Shown here: in pieces, positions 44,459 to 55,300 of the stretch
Numbering within the stretch: the stretch's first letter is position 1
How the letters are laid out: each line of letters opens with the position of its first letter
Sequence record: FJ373894
DNA length: 64,000 nt
Reading direction: 5' to 3' (one strand)
Source: Shigella phage Ag3
Made by a program: the position numbers and the translations under genes
Notes under the pieces: model-generated
Seen by the model: the letters and a program-made list of their open reading frames with translations, nothing else
Databases searched by the model: none
Told to the model about the DNA's origin: nothing

Positions 44459-46354
44459 TCAGGAAGCGGCTACGATGCCACCGCCAGTTTCGATCTCGCT
44501 GAACTCCATGTCCGGACGTACTGCAGCAAAGTCCAGATACACCCAGTTGATGGAGTATTCTGGTTTCAGCCAGATACCCGCAACCATCTGGTTCGCAGCG
44601 ATGATGTCGGCGGTGTTGTTGTCGGCGTCGCACTTCACCTGACCATCGTAGATCGCACCCATGTTGGCCAGCTGGCGGATATACGGGCGTACAGCGTTGC
44701 TGAACAGGCTACGAGTGAATTCATCGTTGTTCTCACCAAGGTAGTATTTGGCGATGGCAGCGATGTTCTGCTCGGCCATGATGAACAGACCGCGAACGTT
44801 GATGCGGTCAAACGCAGACGGGCGAGTCAGACCAGTCTTGTCGCCGTACAGCACGATGCCTTCGTTGGAGAAGGTGACGATGCTGTTGATCTGGTTGCGA
44901 TACAGCACAGCACGCTCATCAGAAGACGCAGACCACGCCATGCGGTTATAGTTGTTGTATTTGCCACGGTTGTGGAACGCAGGGGATTTGTAGATGCCCG
45001 CGATCTCAATGCTGCGTGCCCAAACACCCGCCGTACCACCACAAGCAGGGATCCAGCGCATCTTATCGTTGTACTTGTCGTACACATACGCCCAGTTGTC
45101 GTCCATGAAGAAGTAGGAAGAGTCACGTACCAGGCTTTCACGCCAGGCCACAACATCTTCCATCTCACGACCACGGTTGCCGACCACAACGTCACGCAGA
45201 GGAGACACGAAGGACACAGTGTCTTTGCGCTCGGTGGAGAGATCAATCAGTGTCTGTTGCTCAATGAGTTCTTCACAGAATGCAAACACAGGCTTGGCGT
45301 CATACGCTTCGGCATTGTTCAGGGCTTCAATGGCCGCCACACGGTTGCCAGTGTAATCGTCTACACCACCTTCGAGTTCAGTGACGCCAGCAGCCAGGGT
45401 AGTGGCGAAGGTGTACACCCAATTTGAGGTGTCGTTGATCACGTCTTTGAAGTACGCATTGGAGCCATCGGATTTCTTAGAACCCTGAGTGGCCTGCATC
45501 AGTTCATATTTTTCGATAATAGAACCGGAAGCACCAACAGTGGTGGTCACTGCAGTCGCAGTCAGACCGTTCGCATCAGGCACGATAGCAGTCACAGTCT
45601 GAGGACCGATTGCTTTGTGAGTGACGGTGACGGTGTTGGACTTCACGACAACAGAAGAATACACGTCAGTCAGAGCCGTCAACGCAGTGCCGATTTTGGT
45701 CGCCAGGGTGGCCGGGGTGTCAGTGTCAGTGTACGCCACGTCTTCGCCAGCAACAGAGATTGAGCCTGCACCAGTAGCCGTACCGGATACGGAGATACGA
45801 TCAACCTGACCAACAGCGCCAGAAGAATCTGTGATGCGACCGACTTTGTCAACGATGACGATGTGGTATTCGCCAGCCTGTGGAGCATATGCGAAGTTGT
45901 TACGGAATTCCCAAGTCGGGAATCCAGCAGCATCACACACGTTGATCGCAACGTCGTTACCCAGGGAGCCAGCATAGCGGCCTGTCCAGGTAATAGACGC
46001 AGATGGGGACGCGGTTTCGAAGTCCAGTTTGTTACGGATAAGGATTGCAGTCTGACCTTTGGTTACAGCGTTACGTGCCGCCGGACCGACCACACGGGTC
46101 ACCCATGCAACAGAGCTGTAAGACAGGAAGTCAGCAATCACCAGGAAGTCGGTGGCAGTTGCATCGTTTGGCTTGAAGAATTTCTTCACCAGACCAGTTT
46201 CACCACCAGTGACCAACACAGGGAGTTCTGCTTCACCCCATTGGAATTTACCGACGGTCGCACCCTGAACAACAACGGATGGAGACGTCTGAAGCGTGGC
46301 ATCACGCTCAGTCCACTGTACGGACGGCGCAACGCTGAAGCTTTGAGTTGCCAT
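44459..46354 (-). CDS. 18: tail sheath protein gp18
   Basis: GKFQWGEA near N-terminus, C-terminal DRINVRGLF aligns to T4 gp18; start moved to 46354 (AAGGA RBS). Confidence 0.9.
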   Translation of the reverse strand: MATQSFSVAPSVQWTERDATLQTSPSVVVQGATVGKFQWGEAELPVLVTGGETGLVKKFFKPNDATATDFLVIADFLSYSSVAWVTRVVGPAARNAVTKGQTAILIRNKLDFETASPSASITWTGRYAGSLGNDVAINVCDAAGFPTWEFRNNFAYAPQAGEYHIVIVDKVGRITDSSGAVGQVDRISVSGTATGAGSISVAGEDVAYTDTDTPATLATKIGTALTALTDVYSSVVVKSNTVTVTHKAIGPQTVTAIVPDANGLTATAVTTTVGASGSIIEKYELMQATQGSKKSDGSNAYFKDVINDTSNWVYTFATTLAAGVTELEGGVDDYTGNRVAAIEALNNAEAYDAKPVFAFCEELIEQQTLIDLSTERKDTVSFVSPLRDVVVGNRGREMEDVVAWRESLVRDSSYFFMDDNWAYVYDKYNDKMRWIPACGGTAGVWARSIEIAGIYKSPAFHNRGKYNNYNRMAWSASSDERAVLYRNQINSIVTFSNEGIVLYGDKTGLTRPSAFDRINVRGLFIMAEQNIAAIAKYYLGENNDEFTRSLFSNAVRPYIRQLANMGAIYDGQVKCDADNNTADIIAANQMVAGIWLKPEYSINWVYLDFAAVRPDMEFSEIETGGGIVAAS

Positions 46355-46396
46355 AATCTTATTCCTTCTCGGTAGAGTTTCGCTCAATTTGAAAGT

Positions 46397-46405
46397 TATT
46401 TAGTG
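46397..46405 (-). promoter_or_regulatory. late promoter motif CACTAAATAACT (gp18)
   Basis: About 45 nt upstream of gp18 ATG, overlapping gp17 stop. Confidence 0.5.
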
Positions 46406-46406
46406 A

Positions 46407-48626
46407 TCACCGTCTCAGCCATTCTTCCATGGACATGCCAGAGCGTTCGTCATACACCTGAACTCCACCAAACCCTGGGATACTCTCTATAGAGTGAGGA
46501 TCTGGTGTTGAAAGCACACCCCCGAAAGGTAACATCTGAGATTCTTCCATCGCAGATAATCTTCCTCTCATGTCCACAGAGATACTTGAGTTTGTGAGAT
46601 CACTAAACCATTCTTGTTTCACCGCCCATGCATAGAGCACGAGAGGCATCACACAGTCATCATGACAACCATCATCGGCTTCATACCTTGTCCCAGTCCA
46701 TACGAATGTACTGAGTTCATCTATCGTGTCTTGGTCATCAACCACCAGCATCTCACGTTCGATAAGCGCCTTGAGGTTAGCACAACCATTCGAACGCACT
46801 TTCTTGTTCGTGTTGATGCCAGGCTCAGGGCGGCGGCCACCAATTCGTTTGCCAGTACCCTTCGCATCTGTGGTAGTGAAGATGATCTCTGGGTATTCAA
46901 TTTCCTGGTATAGAATTGTGATTACCTGGCCGCCCACGTCGTTGTTGGTTTCAACCAGCATCGGACACGTGCCATATTTCTCGCCCATGTCGGCGATAGT
47001 GTATGCATACATCATTGGAGGTATCGTGTTGTTCCGATACTTGGCCGCAATCTTGTGAGGATAGTCTGTGATATCCAAGATGGTCAGAACAGAGTAATCC
47101 CCCTCCACACCTTTGCCTGTATCGGCGATACCCATGTAGATGCGCTTCGGATCGTAATCGTGGTAGATCTTGGTGAACTCGTTCGGCTCCTGATAGAGTT
47201 TCGAGGTCATCTTGTCTAGACACTTGGCAGGTATCAGTGATCCTACAGAACCACGGAACTTGATACCGAATTCCTGATCGAAACGTGCATCGCCCAGCTT
47301 CGCCCTCTGTTTGGATTCCCAGTTCGGATCCTTGGTGTATGTTGGAACACGATACCATGGAACCTCTGTGAGTTTGAAGTCGTTGTACTGAGGGTGTTCT
47401 GGGTTCGCCTTGGTGACGATGTCGTAGAACAACCCGCGCTGACCTTTCGGCGTACTGGTCAGGATACAACGTGATGTATCTGCAGATGCAATCGCCGGGA
47501 ATGTAGACTCCCAGAATTCAAAGTCGTTTTCGATGAACGCCACTTCGTCCACATACAGTAGCGATACGGAACGACCACGGATAGAGTCAGAAGATGTCGC
47601 ATAAGCATAGATCTTCGATCCGTTTTCGAACTCGATGAGTGTGGAGCCGAACTTCTCACAACCCTGTTGGAGGAAGAATGGCAAATCCTGGTATGCCTTG
47701 CGGATACGGTCTAGGATTTCAATCGCCTGCTTCTCTTTGTTCGCCAGTACCGCGATCTCTTTGTCAGAGTGGAACATCGCATACCAGAGCAGGAACGCTG
47801 CTACGACTGTCGTGTTGTGGCTGAGGAAGCCGTTGGTGTAGTAGCGCTGATCACTAGATTTCACCTGCAGGTCAAACATGTGATGCATCTCACCAGTCTG
47901 CCATACCTCAACGACTTCTTCTAGACCTTCTTCGGTCATTAGCCGTGAACCAGCAACCAGATCTTTAGCAAACACTTCCTTCATGTTCTGATTGAAGAAC
48001 ATGTGATCATCGGCCACGTTGATACGACGACCACTGGAAGTGATGACAACGTACTCTTGGTACAGCTTAGTCTTGTGCGCGGCGATGACAGGCACCCAGC
48101 CTTTGTCACAGCGAACAAAATAACGCTTGCCGAAGCGGCTGTCTACGAACTTATCGTGTTTGCCAAAGGCATTCAGTGGCTCGGCGTGATTTGGTCCCTC
48201 GAAGCGGCTGTGAAGCTCCTCGATGGTGACTTTAAACTCTTCTTGGCTGAACGTATCGTAAACCTCGACGATGCTGTCACCCTTCACACACTTACCAGAC
48301 TGACGCGCCTGAACCACGGCGTTGAAGCGGTGATCCTGGAAGTCATGGAACAGCTGCTTCTGATAATCATGCATATCGAAGAGGATGAAGCCCTTATCGA
48401 TGGTCGTGATCTTGTAGTAGTTGGCGGCGAAGTAATGAGCGTCCATTGCGCACTCAACGAACTCCGATTCTTGATCGTCGGTCAACATCAACTCTACACG
48501 AGGAGCACGCACAGACGGCTTGCGCATGAACGTCTGGTCCATACGCAATCTGACATCATCAATCTTGAATCCCGTCTTTATCGGGGCATATTCAATATCA
48601 CGCTTCTGATACGCCATCGTCTTCAC
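46407..48626 (-). CDS. 17: terminase large subunit gp17, interrupted in-frame by a mini-intein
   Basis: Walker A QSGK/TTVVA split by 159-aa insert; downstream ATPase and nuclease regions T4-gp17-like; about 580 aa once insert is removed. Confidence 0.9.
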   Translation of the reverse strand: MKTMAYQKRDIEYAPIKTGFKIDDVRLRMDQTFMRKPSVRAPRVELMLTDDQESEFVECAMDAHYFAANYYKITTIDKGFILFDMHDYQKQLFHDFQDHRFNAVVQARQSGKCVKGDSIVEVYDTFSQEEFKVTIEELHSRFEGPNHAEPLNAFGKHDKFVDSRFGKRYFVRCDKGWVPVIAAHKTKLYQEYVVITSSGRRINVADDHMFFNQNMKEVFAKDLVAGSRLMTEEGLEEVVEVWQTGEMHHMFDLQVKSSDQRYYTNGFLSHNTTVVAAFLLWYAMFHSDKEIAVLANKEKQAIEILDRIRKAYQDLPFFLQQGCEKFGSTLIEFENGSKIYAYATSSDSIRGRSVSLLYVDEVAFIENDFEFWESTFPAIASADTSRCILTSTPKGQRGLFYDIVTKANPEHPQYNDFKLTEVPWYRVPTYTKDPNWESKQRAKLGDARFDQEFGIKFRGSVGSLIPAKCLDKMTSKLYQEPNEFTKIYHDYDPKRIYMGIADTGKGVEGDYSVLTILDITDYPHKIAAKYRNNTIPPMMYAYTIADMGEKYGTCPMLVETNNDVGGQVITILYQEIEYPEIIFTTTDAKGTGKRIGGRRPEPGINTNKKVRSNGCANLKALIEREMLVVDDQDTIDELSTFVWTGTRYEADDGCHDDCVMPLVLYAWAVKQEWFSDLTNSSISVDMRGRLSAMEESQMLPFGGVLSTPDPHSIESIPGFGGVQVYDERSGMSMEEWLRR
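47814..48290 (-). mobile_element. mini-intein (159 aa) in terminase P-loop
   Basis: Insert starts with Cys right after SGK, ends with HN, followed by Thr that restores GKT; block A-like CVKGDSIV; no homing-endonuclease-sized domain; boundaries verified at codon level. Confidence 0.8.
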
Positions 48627-49305
48627 CTTCTTCCTTCGGCTCTGCCTGAACTTCGATTACATCTTCTTCGGGATCAGGTCCTTTGGACGCAGCTTTCGCT
48701 GCAGTACGTTCTTCAGCACGTTTACGGGCGTCTTCGATGGTCTTCAGTAGATCACGGGAAGACCTGGCCTGTTTGCCGACGTTGACCGTGGTTGTACCAT
48801 CAGGGGACGTGGTGACCTCGACGGTTGTTTCGTCCCCAGGAGGTGGCTCTTTGTCGCCTGTAACGGCCTTGATGGTCTTCTGGTTCTCCATCAGGTCTTT
48901 GTTCAGACCGCGCATGAGTTCGCCCAACTCTTTGAAGACTGTGAACGCGCGGGGTGCTTCAGTGGTCGTCGCGAGTTTGGCCGCCTGTCCCATCATGAAC
49001 ATCGTGGCTTCCTGCATGGCATAAGTCGTGTCACGGATGCGTTTGTAGTCGGTGGTGGCGTCCGTGTCTTCGAAGTCTGGAACCTTAGACTCCTTGGACT
49101 TCAGCTCTTCTGGGTCCAGAGAAGGAGGGAACACCACAGGCTCATACCCTGCAGGCTTTTCACCCAACCATTCGCCTGTATCCGGATCATAATCTTTTCC
49201 AGCCACAGGCGAGGTCTTCTCCATGACTTCTTGAGCGACCTCATCCCGCGCTTGGATAGCACCGAGGGTGGACAATAGGCGTTCTGACATAGCACTCATA
49301 ATCAA
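48598..49305 (-). CDS. 16: terminase small subunit gp16
   Basis: DYKRIRDTTYAMQEATMFMMGQAA and FTVFKELGELM align to T4 gp16; overlaps gp17 start. Confidence 0.75.
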   Translation of the reverse strand: MIMSAMSERLLSTLGAIQARDEVAQEVMEKTSPVAGKDYDPDTGEWLGEKPAGYEPVVFPPSLDPEELKSKESKVPDFEDTDATTDYKRIRDTTYAMQEATMFMMGQAAKLATTTEAPRAFTVFKELGELMRGLNKDLMENQKTIKAVTGDKEPPPGDETTVEVTTSPDGTTTVNVGKQARSSRDLLKTIEDARKRAEERTAAKAASKGPDPEEDVIEVQAEPKEEGEDDGVSEA

Positions 49306-49997
49306 TCTCCAGGATGATGTACGCCGTCTTTGTCAACACGGAACCACTCTGGTAGTTCCGTCCACGGCGTTTTCAAATCATTAGACATTTCGATAATTAT
49401 CTCTTTGATCCCGTTGGGATCCCCGCCACCGCCGTTGTCCACCCAATAGTCGTACCCATAGATGAAGCCGCTCAGCTGGAACATGAAGGAGCAGTCGACG
49501 TGTGGTGAATCAGAAGCATCCCCTTCCCAGTTATCGGACATCTGGTGGTTAATCAGTTGGATCTTGATCTTCTGGTCTTGCTGTAGTGTATCGTTGTCCT
49601 TGATGCCACAGTCTAGAGAGGGGGTGAATACCGAATAAACCTGCTCTAGCACCTGTAACATCTCAACCAATTTCTTGGTTCGGATATTGTACTCAAAATC
49701 GATAATCAGGGGAATTCGCTGCTTCGCCCCGGCTGTTGGCGTCGATTGTCGATTGTGGTACGTCTTCGTCACTTGTTTGTTGATCTCAAACTGACCAAAA
49801 GAGAAGGTCGCAAATGGGAGCATGTTGGATGGCACGTTCCTGTTGAGGTCATTGCGTCTCCCGATGGCCATGTGTAATGGGACTTCCATAAGGCCACGCT
49901 CTGTGTTCACCTTCAGATCAGACATAATGGTGGCAAACAGATTGATGTATTTCATCAATGAATCATGGTAGAAGTAATTTTCAAATGGTCTGGCCAT
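49302..49997 (-). CDS. 15: tail completion/sheath stabiliser gp15-like
   Basis: Position between gp16 and gp14; N-terminal pattern similar to T4 gp15. Confidence 0.6.
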   Translation of the reverse strand: MARPFENYFYHDSLMKYINLFATIMSDLKVNTERGLMEVPLHMAIGRRNDLNRNVPSNMLPFATFSFGQFEINKQVTKTYHNRQSTPTAGAKQRIPLIIDFEYNIRTKKLVEMLQVLEQVYSVFTPSLDCGIKDNDTLQQDQKIKIQLINHQMSDNWEGDASDSPHVDCSFMFQLSGFIYGYDYWVDNGGGGDPNGIKEIIIEMSNDLKTPWTELPEWFRVDKDGVHHPGD

Positions 49998-49999
49998 GA

Positions 50000-50650
50000 T
50001 TATTCTCCAAAGTCGATCTTCATCTTGTCTACTGCAAGCCCCTTCTCAAGCACATCCGCCAAAGCATTGTCGGTCTGCAGAGAAGAATCCTTGTACACGT
50101 CCGGTTCGTTCTCTTCGTCCAAGATGGACAGACGTTTGTCGATATCGTCGATCTCCGGAACGCCTGTATCGAAGTTTTCGTTGCCGTACTGGAACAACGT
50201 GCACGGCAGAGAGAACGTATACCATTTGCCAAATTGCATGAAGTCTTCATCGTTGTTTGGGTTGTTGACCTTGAAGATCTTGTTCGCCAGGGGCAGGTAG
50301 ATCAGGTCACCTTCCTGAGGTTGTTGTTCAATCCCAACACCGTTGCCTATCACCTCAGCAAAGCGGCGGCGCGAGATAGAGAACGTCACCTCATCCTGTA
50401 GATTAATACCCCCGAACTTCTCCCACATCTGGGTGTTGAAGCCCTGGTAATCCTGCATGTAAACTTCGATGTCGAACGCTTGGTCGAATCGATGGTTTGC
50501 ATCGTTGGTGACTGGGAATTTTTCAACGATGGAACGTGGTATATACTTGACGTCTATCCCACGCAACTGAATCATTTCTTGCACCAAATCTTCAATCAGC
50601 TTCTGTGTGCCTTGGTGATTGGTGGCGTTGAAATATTTTGAAGTGGCCAT
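50000..50650 (-). CDS. 14: neck protein gp14-like
   Basis: Position; late motif CTAAATACC upstream. Confidence 0.6.
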   Translation of the reverse strand: MATSKYFNATNHQGTQKLIEDLVQEMIQLRGIDVKYIPRSIVEKFPVTNDANHRFDQAFDIEVYMQDYQGFNTQMWEKFGGINLQDEVTFSISRRRFAEVIGNGVGIEQQPQEGDLIYLPLANKIFKVNNPNNDEDFMQFGKWYTFSLPCTLFQYGNENFDTGVPEIDDIDKRLSILDEENEPDVYKDSSLQTDNALADVLEKGLAVDKMKIDFGE

Positions 50651-50673
50651 ATCGATACCCTCAATTTTGAAGG

Positions 50674-50682
50674 TATTTAGTC
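50674..50682 (-). promoter_or_regulatory. late promoter motif CGACTAAATACC (gp14)
   Basis: About 25 nt upstream of gp14 ATG. Confidence 0.5.
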
Positions 50683-50709
50683 GAAGTTTATTCTTTTGAG
50701 GAATAACTC

Positions 50710-50922
50710 ATGCAAGTGGAAGACATCAAAGAAGTTCGCAGCGGTCGTCGCGTCCGAATCATCTGTGTGGACGCCAAGATTGGAGGCGGTGATTACGACA
50801 TCGTCGGTCTGGTGAAGGAAGTGGATGGCACAGACTTCATTGAGTGGTGGAACTCCAAAGACAAGACCGAAGACGGCCTGCTGCGTGGTAGTGGCAACGG
50901 AAACCTGGATTTGAAAATCTAA
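50710..50922 (+). CDS. hypothetical small protein (plus strand)
   Basis: 70 codons, GAGGA RBS, followed by a bidirectional terminator hairpin. Confidence 0.3.
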   Translation: MQVEDIKEVRSGRRVRIICVDAKIGGGDYDIVGLVKEVDGTDFIEWWNSKDKTEDGLLRGSGNGNLDLKI

Positions 50923-50925
50923 AAG

Positions 50926-50947
50926 AAGGGCGGGGGAACCCGCCTTT
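50926..50947. terminator. bidirectional terminator between plus ORF 50710..50922 and gp13
   Basis: GGGCGGG-ggaa-CCCGCC with T-runs on both sides. Confidence 0.6.
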
Positions 50948-50949
50948 CC

Positions 50950-51702
50950 TTATCCCATATAGAAGTCAATCGGGTATTGCTGGCCAGTACGAAGTTCTTC
51001 CTCTAAACGCTCGATCTCCGCTTCAGCCTCACTGAACATAGTATCACCATCCAGCTCAATACCGCCAGGGAGACGGATGCCTCTTGCCTTCTTCAGCACC
51101 TCCGCCCAACGGCGTTTTACCAGAGCTGTTGCATACGCCTTCAGCCACATGTCATTCCATGCTTCTTCATTACCCTCTACCTCTGGGTCGATGTTCTGGA
51201 AACATTTGAACGCCAGAGCCTCGTCCTTCGTCAGGGCGAATTGAGGGTAGAGTTTGCGCTGGAATTTCTTGTACACGAAGGTGCGCTTCACGTTCAGCAC
51301 ACTGGTGATGTCGGACAGACGCTGCTGCATTGAGACATAATCGATCAGGCGGATAGACACCAGCGCTGACTTCGGCACCAACATAGCCTGCGCCATTTGC
51401 CACTGAGGGGTTGCCCAGTTACCGATAGATTCAATAGGTGGTCCTGGAATGACTTCGGTGACGTCATCGATATCTTTCGGGAATTCGATGTAGCCCTTCG
51501 TGATAGTGTCGTCATCAACGACATGGACGAAGAACGCATCCTGGCTACCATCGCGGTGATACTCCCAGAATTTCTGTAGAGCGTCATCGACAGCGTCGGA
51601 CACCTGTGATGGGTCGAGGTTGATCTGAATTACGGGTGCCCCCAATTTCTTGAGGATGTAATTCATAAACCCCTTGCGGTCTCTGATAGAATTAACGGCC
51701 AT
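50950..51702 (-). CDS. 13: neck protein gp13
   Basis: ILKKLGAPVIQINLDPSQV...EYH aligns to T4 gp13 N-terminus; start moved to 51702. Confidence 0.75.
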   Translation of the reverse strand: MAVNSIRDRKGFMNYILKKLGAPVIQINLDPSQVSDAVDDALQKFWEYHRDGSQDAFFVHVVDDDTITKGYIEFPKDIDDVTEVIPGPPIESIGNWATPQWQMAQAMLVPKSALVSIRLIDYVSMQQRLSDITSVLNVKRTFVYKKFQRKLYPQFALTKDEALAFKCFQNIDPEVEGNEEAWNDMWLKAYATALVKRRWAEVLKKARGIRLPGGIELDGDTMFSEAEAEIERLEEELRTGQQYPIDFYMG

Positions 51703-52030
51703 TGACGTTCCCCTTACCACTCTGGAGATCAGATACCGTAATCCGCAGAGTTCGCACGTCGTCGGACAGACTGCTGCTATTGAGTTTTAATTCAGCAACG
51801 TTCTGCTTGACGTAGTTGACGTCTGTGTTCAATACAGCGATCTTCTCACTCATATCGTTGACTTTGACAAGGATCTGGTCAACCTTGTTGGAATCCCGCT
51901 CAACCACATCAAGACGGTTTTCGAACTTACCCATCATCCAAACAACCGAGCCAACAGAGACTATCGCCGCCGTCAGCACCCCGGTGAGGATCGCTTTCAC
52001 ATCGATCACAGTGTTAGTTTGAGTTGTCAT
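51692..52030 (-). CDS. membrane-anchored coiled-coil protein (spanin/holin-like, tentative)
   Basis: One TM helix (ILTGVLTAAIVSVGSVVWMMG) followed by heptad-like region. Confidence 0.35.
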   Translation of the reverse strand: MTTQTNTVIDVKAILTGVLTAAIVSVGSVVWMMGKFENRLDVVERDSNKVDQILVKVNDMSEKIAVLNTDVNYVKQNVAELKLNSSSLSDDVRTLRITVSDLQSGKGNVNGR

Positions 52031-52262
52031 CTTGGCCTCCTGACGGGAGTTCAATCCCGAGGTGTTCCGCCATGAGTTGTACCGTCGCTGTCAGTTGATC
52101 GATCTGCGCTGCCTGCGCTGCAATAGTTCTGTCCTTTTCTTCCTGATTACGACGGGCGTTCAGAGCCGCTAAACCAGCAGCGCTGTCTGTGCAGATGATA
52201 GCCCCAGGGCAAGAGCTACTTCTCATCATCGATGCATGCCCCTGTACTTTTACACCACGCAT
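52014..52262 (-). CDS. hypothetical small protein
   Basis: 82-codon ORF, position only. Confidence 0.3.
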   Translation of the reverse strand: MRGVKVQGHASMMRSSSCPGAIICTDSAAGLAALNARRNQEEKDRTIAAQAAQIDQLTATVQLMAEHLGIELPSGGQDDNSN

Positions 52263-52312
52263 GATAATATCCTCTGTTAATGGCGGGGTTGCCCCCGCCT
52301 TGGTAATACTAC

Positions 52313-55300
52313 TTATGCCAGAGCAATCAAACGGAAATCTTTGAATGATGGCGGCGCTGTACGGTTGCCTCTCACCAGCAGGCGGATCTTCAGGCCAACG
52401 AAAGGATTGGTGCTGTCCACAGTCTTGTCATATTCGTATTCAAAGAATGTAGAACCGTCATTGACCAGAGGGGATGTTGGAGTCACAGTTTCCCATGCCA
52501 CGTCATCCATCTCCTGACCAGCGCGGAGCAGTTTCACCTGTACAGTCATTGAAGACTGAGAAGGTAGCATCGCACCGAAGTACTGTTTCAGAGTGGTGCA
52601 AGGGTTATCGAATCCGATATCCTTGGTCACATAACTGAACACGTCTTCAAACGGATCCACCCCGTAGGTGTTGAAGATGATAGTGAAATCATCTCCATCA
52701 ATCATCGGAGCCGTGTACACGTTGCTTTCGTTACGCGTCATTGTCGCCCGCACCTGGAAGTCACCCACTTGGCGATAGATGCCTTCCGTCGACAGAGACA
52801 CGTCCGTATCGGATTCGAACTCAGCCCAATCAGAGAATGAGTTGGAGGTCGCATCGCGGTAACGGTATTCCAGTTTCAACACAGAACCTTCCAGGGCTGA
52901 ATTGGTGACGCTTGCGTAGAACATGTCTACCAAGTAGTTGCCCAGGAAAGAAGCCTCTTCACCACCAATCTGCCCGTCGGAGTCGGCGTTGGAACTCAGA
53001 ACAAATTTGAACGTCGTGAACGTCGCGTCTGTCACAGTGTGTTGGGCGTTCAGTTGCTCAGGAGTGAAACCACAACCACCCGTCAGACCAGACAGGGTAA
53101 CACTTTCACCCGCAGTCAGGCCATGCCCCGGCGCGTACACTGTAACAGTTGAAGAACCGTTGACACATTTCACGGTGTTCAGACCCAGAGGGCGGATCTT
53201 CGGACCGACTTTAGCATCGAAGGTCACGATGTTTGAACCAGCGGAGAAGTTACAGCGATACACACGGAACTTCATATCGGCAGTCTGGTTTGGAGTCCAA
53301 GTCGTGCCGTTGGAAGACGTGAAGAACACACCAGTGTACGGCTGCTTGGCGATGTACTCGTTGGTCAGCAAGTTCTTTTTGCCCATCTCTGCGATGTATG
53401 CGTTGTAGTCCTGAGTGTTGGCCAGGAGCACGATCGCGAACTCAGTCTGCGCCTGCAGATACACAGGATAATCAAACTTGAACATCGTTGGTACAGAAGA
53501 GTCTGTGGAGACGGAAACTTCTGATGGGTTCAAAGTCTTACGAGTGACCACAGTCGTCGCAGGCAGGCCATTACTCATCTCACGGATTTCCAGAGTAATC
53601 GGGATATCACGGGACTTGGTGGAGAAGAAGACTTCAATCCCTTCGATGTACTCGCCACCAATATTGGTAGCAACCATGAAGGATTGAGCAATCGGGTCTT
53701 TCCACTTCGCAACTTCAACCGTCTCCGTTTTGTTTTCGGTGGACTTGGTCGCAGTGTAACCCAGGACGCGAGTGTTGACATAGGTCTTCTGAATGCCCTG
53801 TTTCTTACCGAAGGATTTGTGAACCGCTTCAGCATTGGTCAGGGTATCGTCAGCAGACTTGCTGTCCACAGGACTATCAGTCAGACGGAAGACGTTGTCG
53901 CCCGTGTTGAACTTAACAGTCTCGTTCTGAGGAACTGCGAACACGCCTTTGATGTTGCCGTTGGCGTCAGTATTCAACGCACCACCCAGGGAGCCGCCGT
54001 TGGGTGTACAGTACGCGCTAACATCGCGTCCAGAGAAGAACGGATACACGCGAGTAAACGGACGCAGGCCTGTGGCTTCGAAGTTGATGTTCGTTTTGCG
54101 CATGTATGGGATAACCTGCGTTTCAACGATCTGCTCGCCAGTCAGGGTAGTGGTCGTCTTGTCGGTGTACGTGTACGTGGTGACGTCACGGGTAGACACA
54201 GTCGTGCGGTAGCGGTAGCCCCACCATACACCGCCTGCGCCATGCGGTTCCCACACACGCTCAGACACGGAAACAGTACGCCATGTGCCATACACAGAAC
54301 CTTCTTTGATCGCGCCGCGTGTGTTGATCGTTTCGTTGATCACACGTGGAGCAACATAGTAGTTCTCGAACCAGTAGTCGGTGGTCGGGTTCAGCTTCAG
54401 GAAACCTTCCCAGTTGAATACCGCATATGGGTTCACGTTGATGGTCGTGGTCGCATAATCCTGGCGCACAGAGATCTCACGGGTGTAGTTGCATACAACC
54501 ATGCCATCCTGAACGTTGTTCCAGCCCACTGGCGTCAGGTCAACCGCATTCTGCTGAACGAACGGGCGTAGGCGACCATTGTCAGTGTCGATTGAACCTA
54601 CCCAGTCAGCAGACAAATCGTCGATCAGACGGAAGTCTTTGAACGGGTCGGCAGCGATACCGTTTTTGAAGCGCGGGTTGCCAGTGATCGGGTCGAACAC
54701 CTGCTGAGTCATAGCTGAAGATTCCAGCTGTGACAGTGAGGTGTAGTATTCAACATTGGAGATACGGGTCTCCAGTTTACCGATATCACGCATCGTGTAA
54801 CGACGGTTGTCGATGGTACGAATCTGAATATCGTCGATGTTGGCCGTGTAAGGCGGGATCATCAATTCGTACAGACGCATGCCGTTGTCTGGGATCGCAG
54901 GCGAAGCCAGGTTGTTGGAACTCACACCACGCGCAACGTTAAACACGCCGTTGTCGGCCAGATACACAGCATCAATACGAGGCAGATAGTACTCCGCATC
55001 GAGGACGATAGCAGTGTTCGGGCGAACCATATCAGTGTCGGAAGCACCGCTGGTGATCTTAGGACGGAAGTCCAGGCAGTCTGCCAGGCCATACACAGTA
55101 CCAGAACTGGACGAAACATAGTTCGGAATGTCTGGGTAATCGATGGAAGAATAGGAATCCGCTGTGAAGAAATCACCAGAGCTGTGAGCGAAATACTGAT
55201 ACACCACCGTGAACGTCCCTGAAATGGCTCCAGTGCCCGATAACAGGTTAGAACGATAGTATGCAGCATCACGCTGGCCGCCGTCCAGAGTGAAGTTAGA

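Noticed and set aside
44318-45427. 369-aa plus-strand ORF opposite gp18
   Set aside because: Antisense to the tail sheath gene; no RBS or promoter
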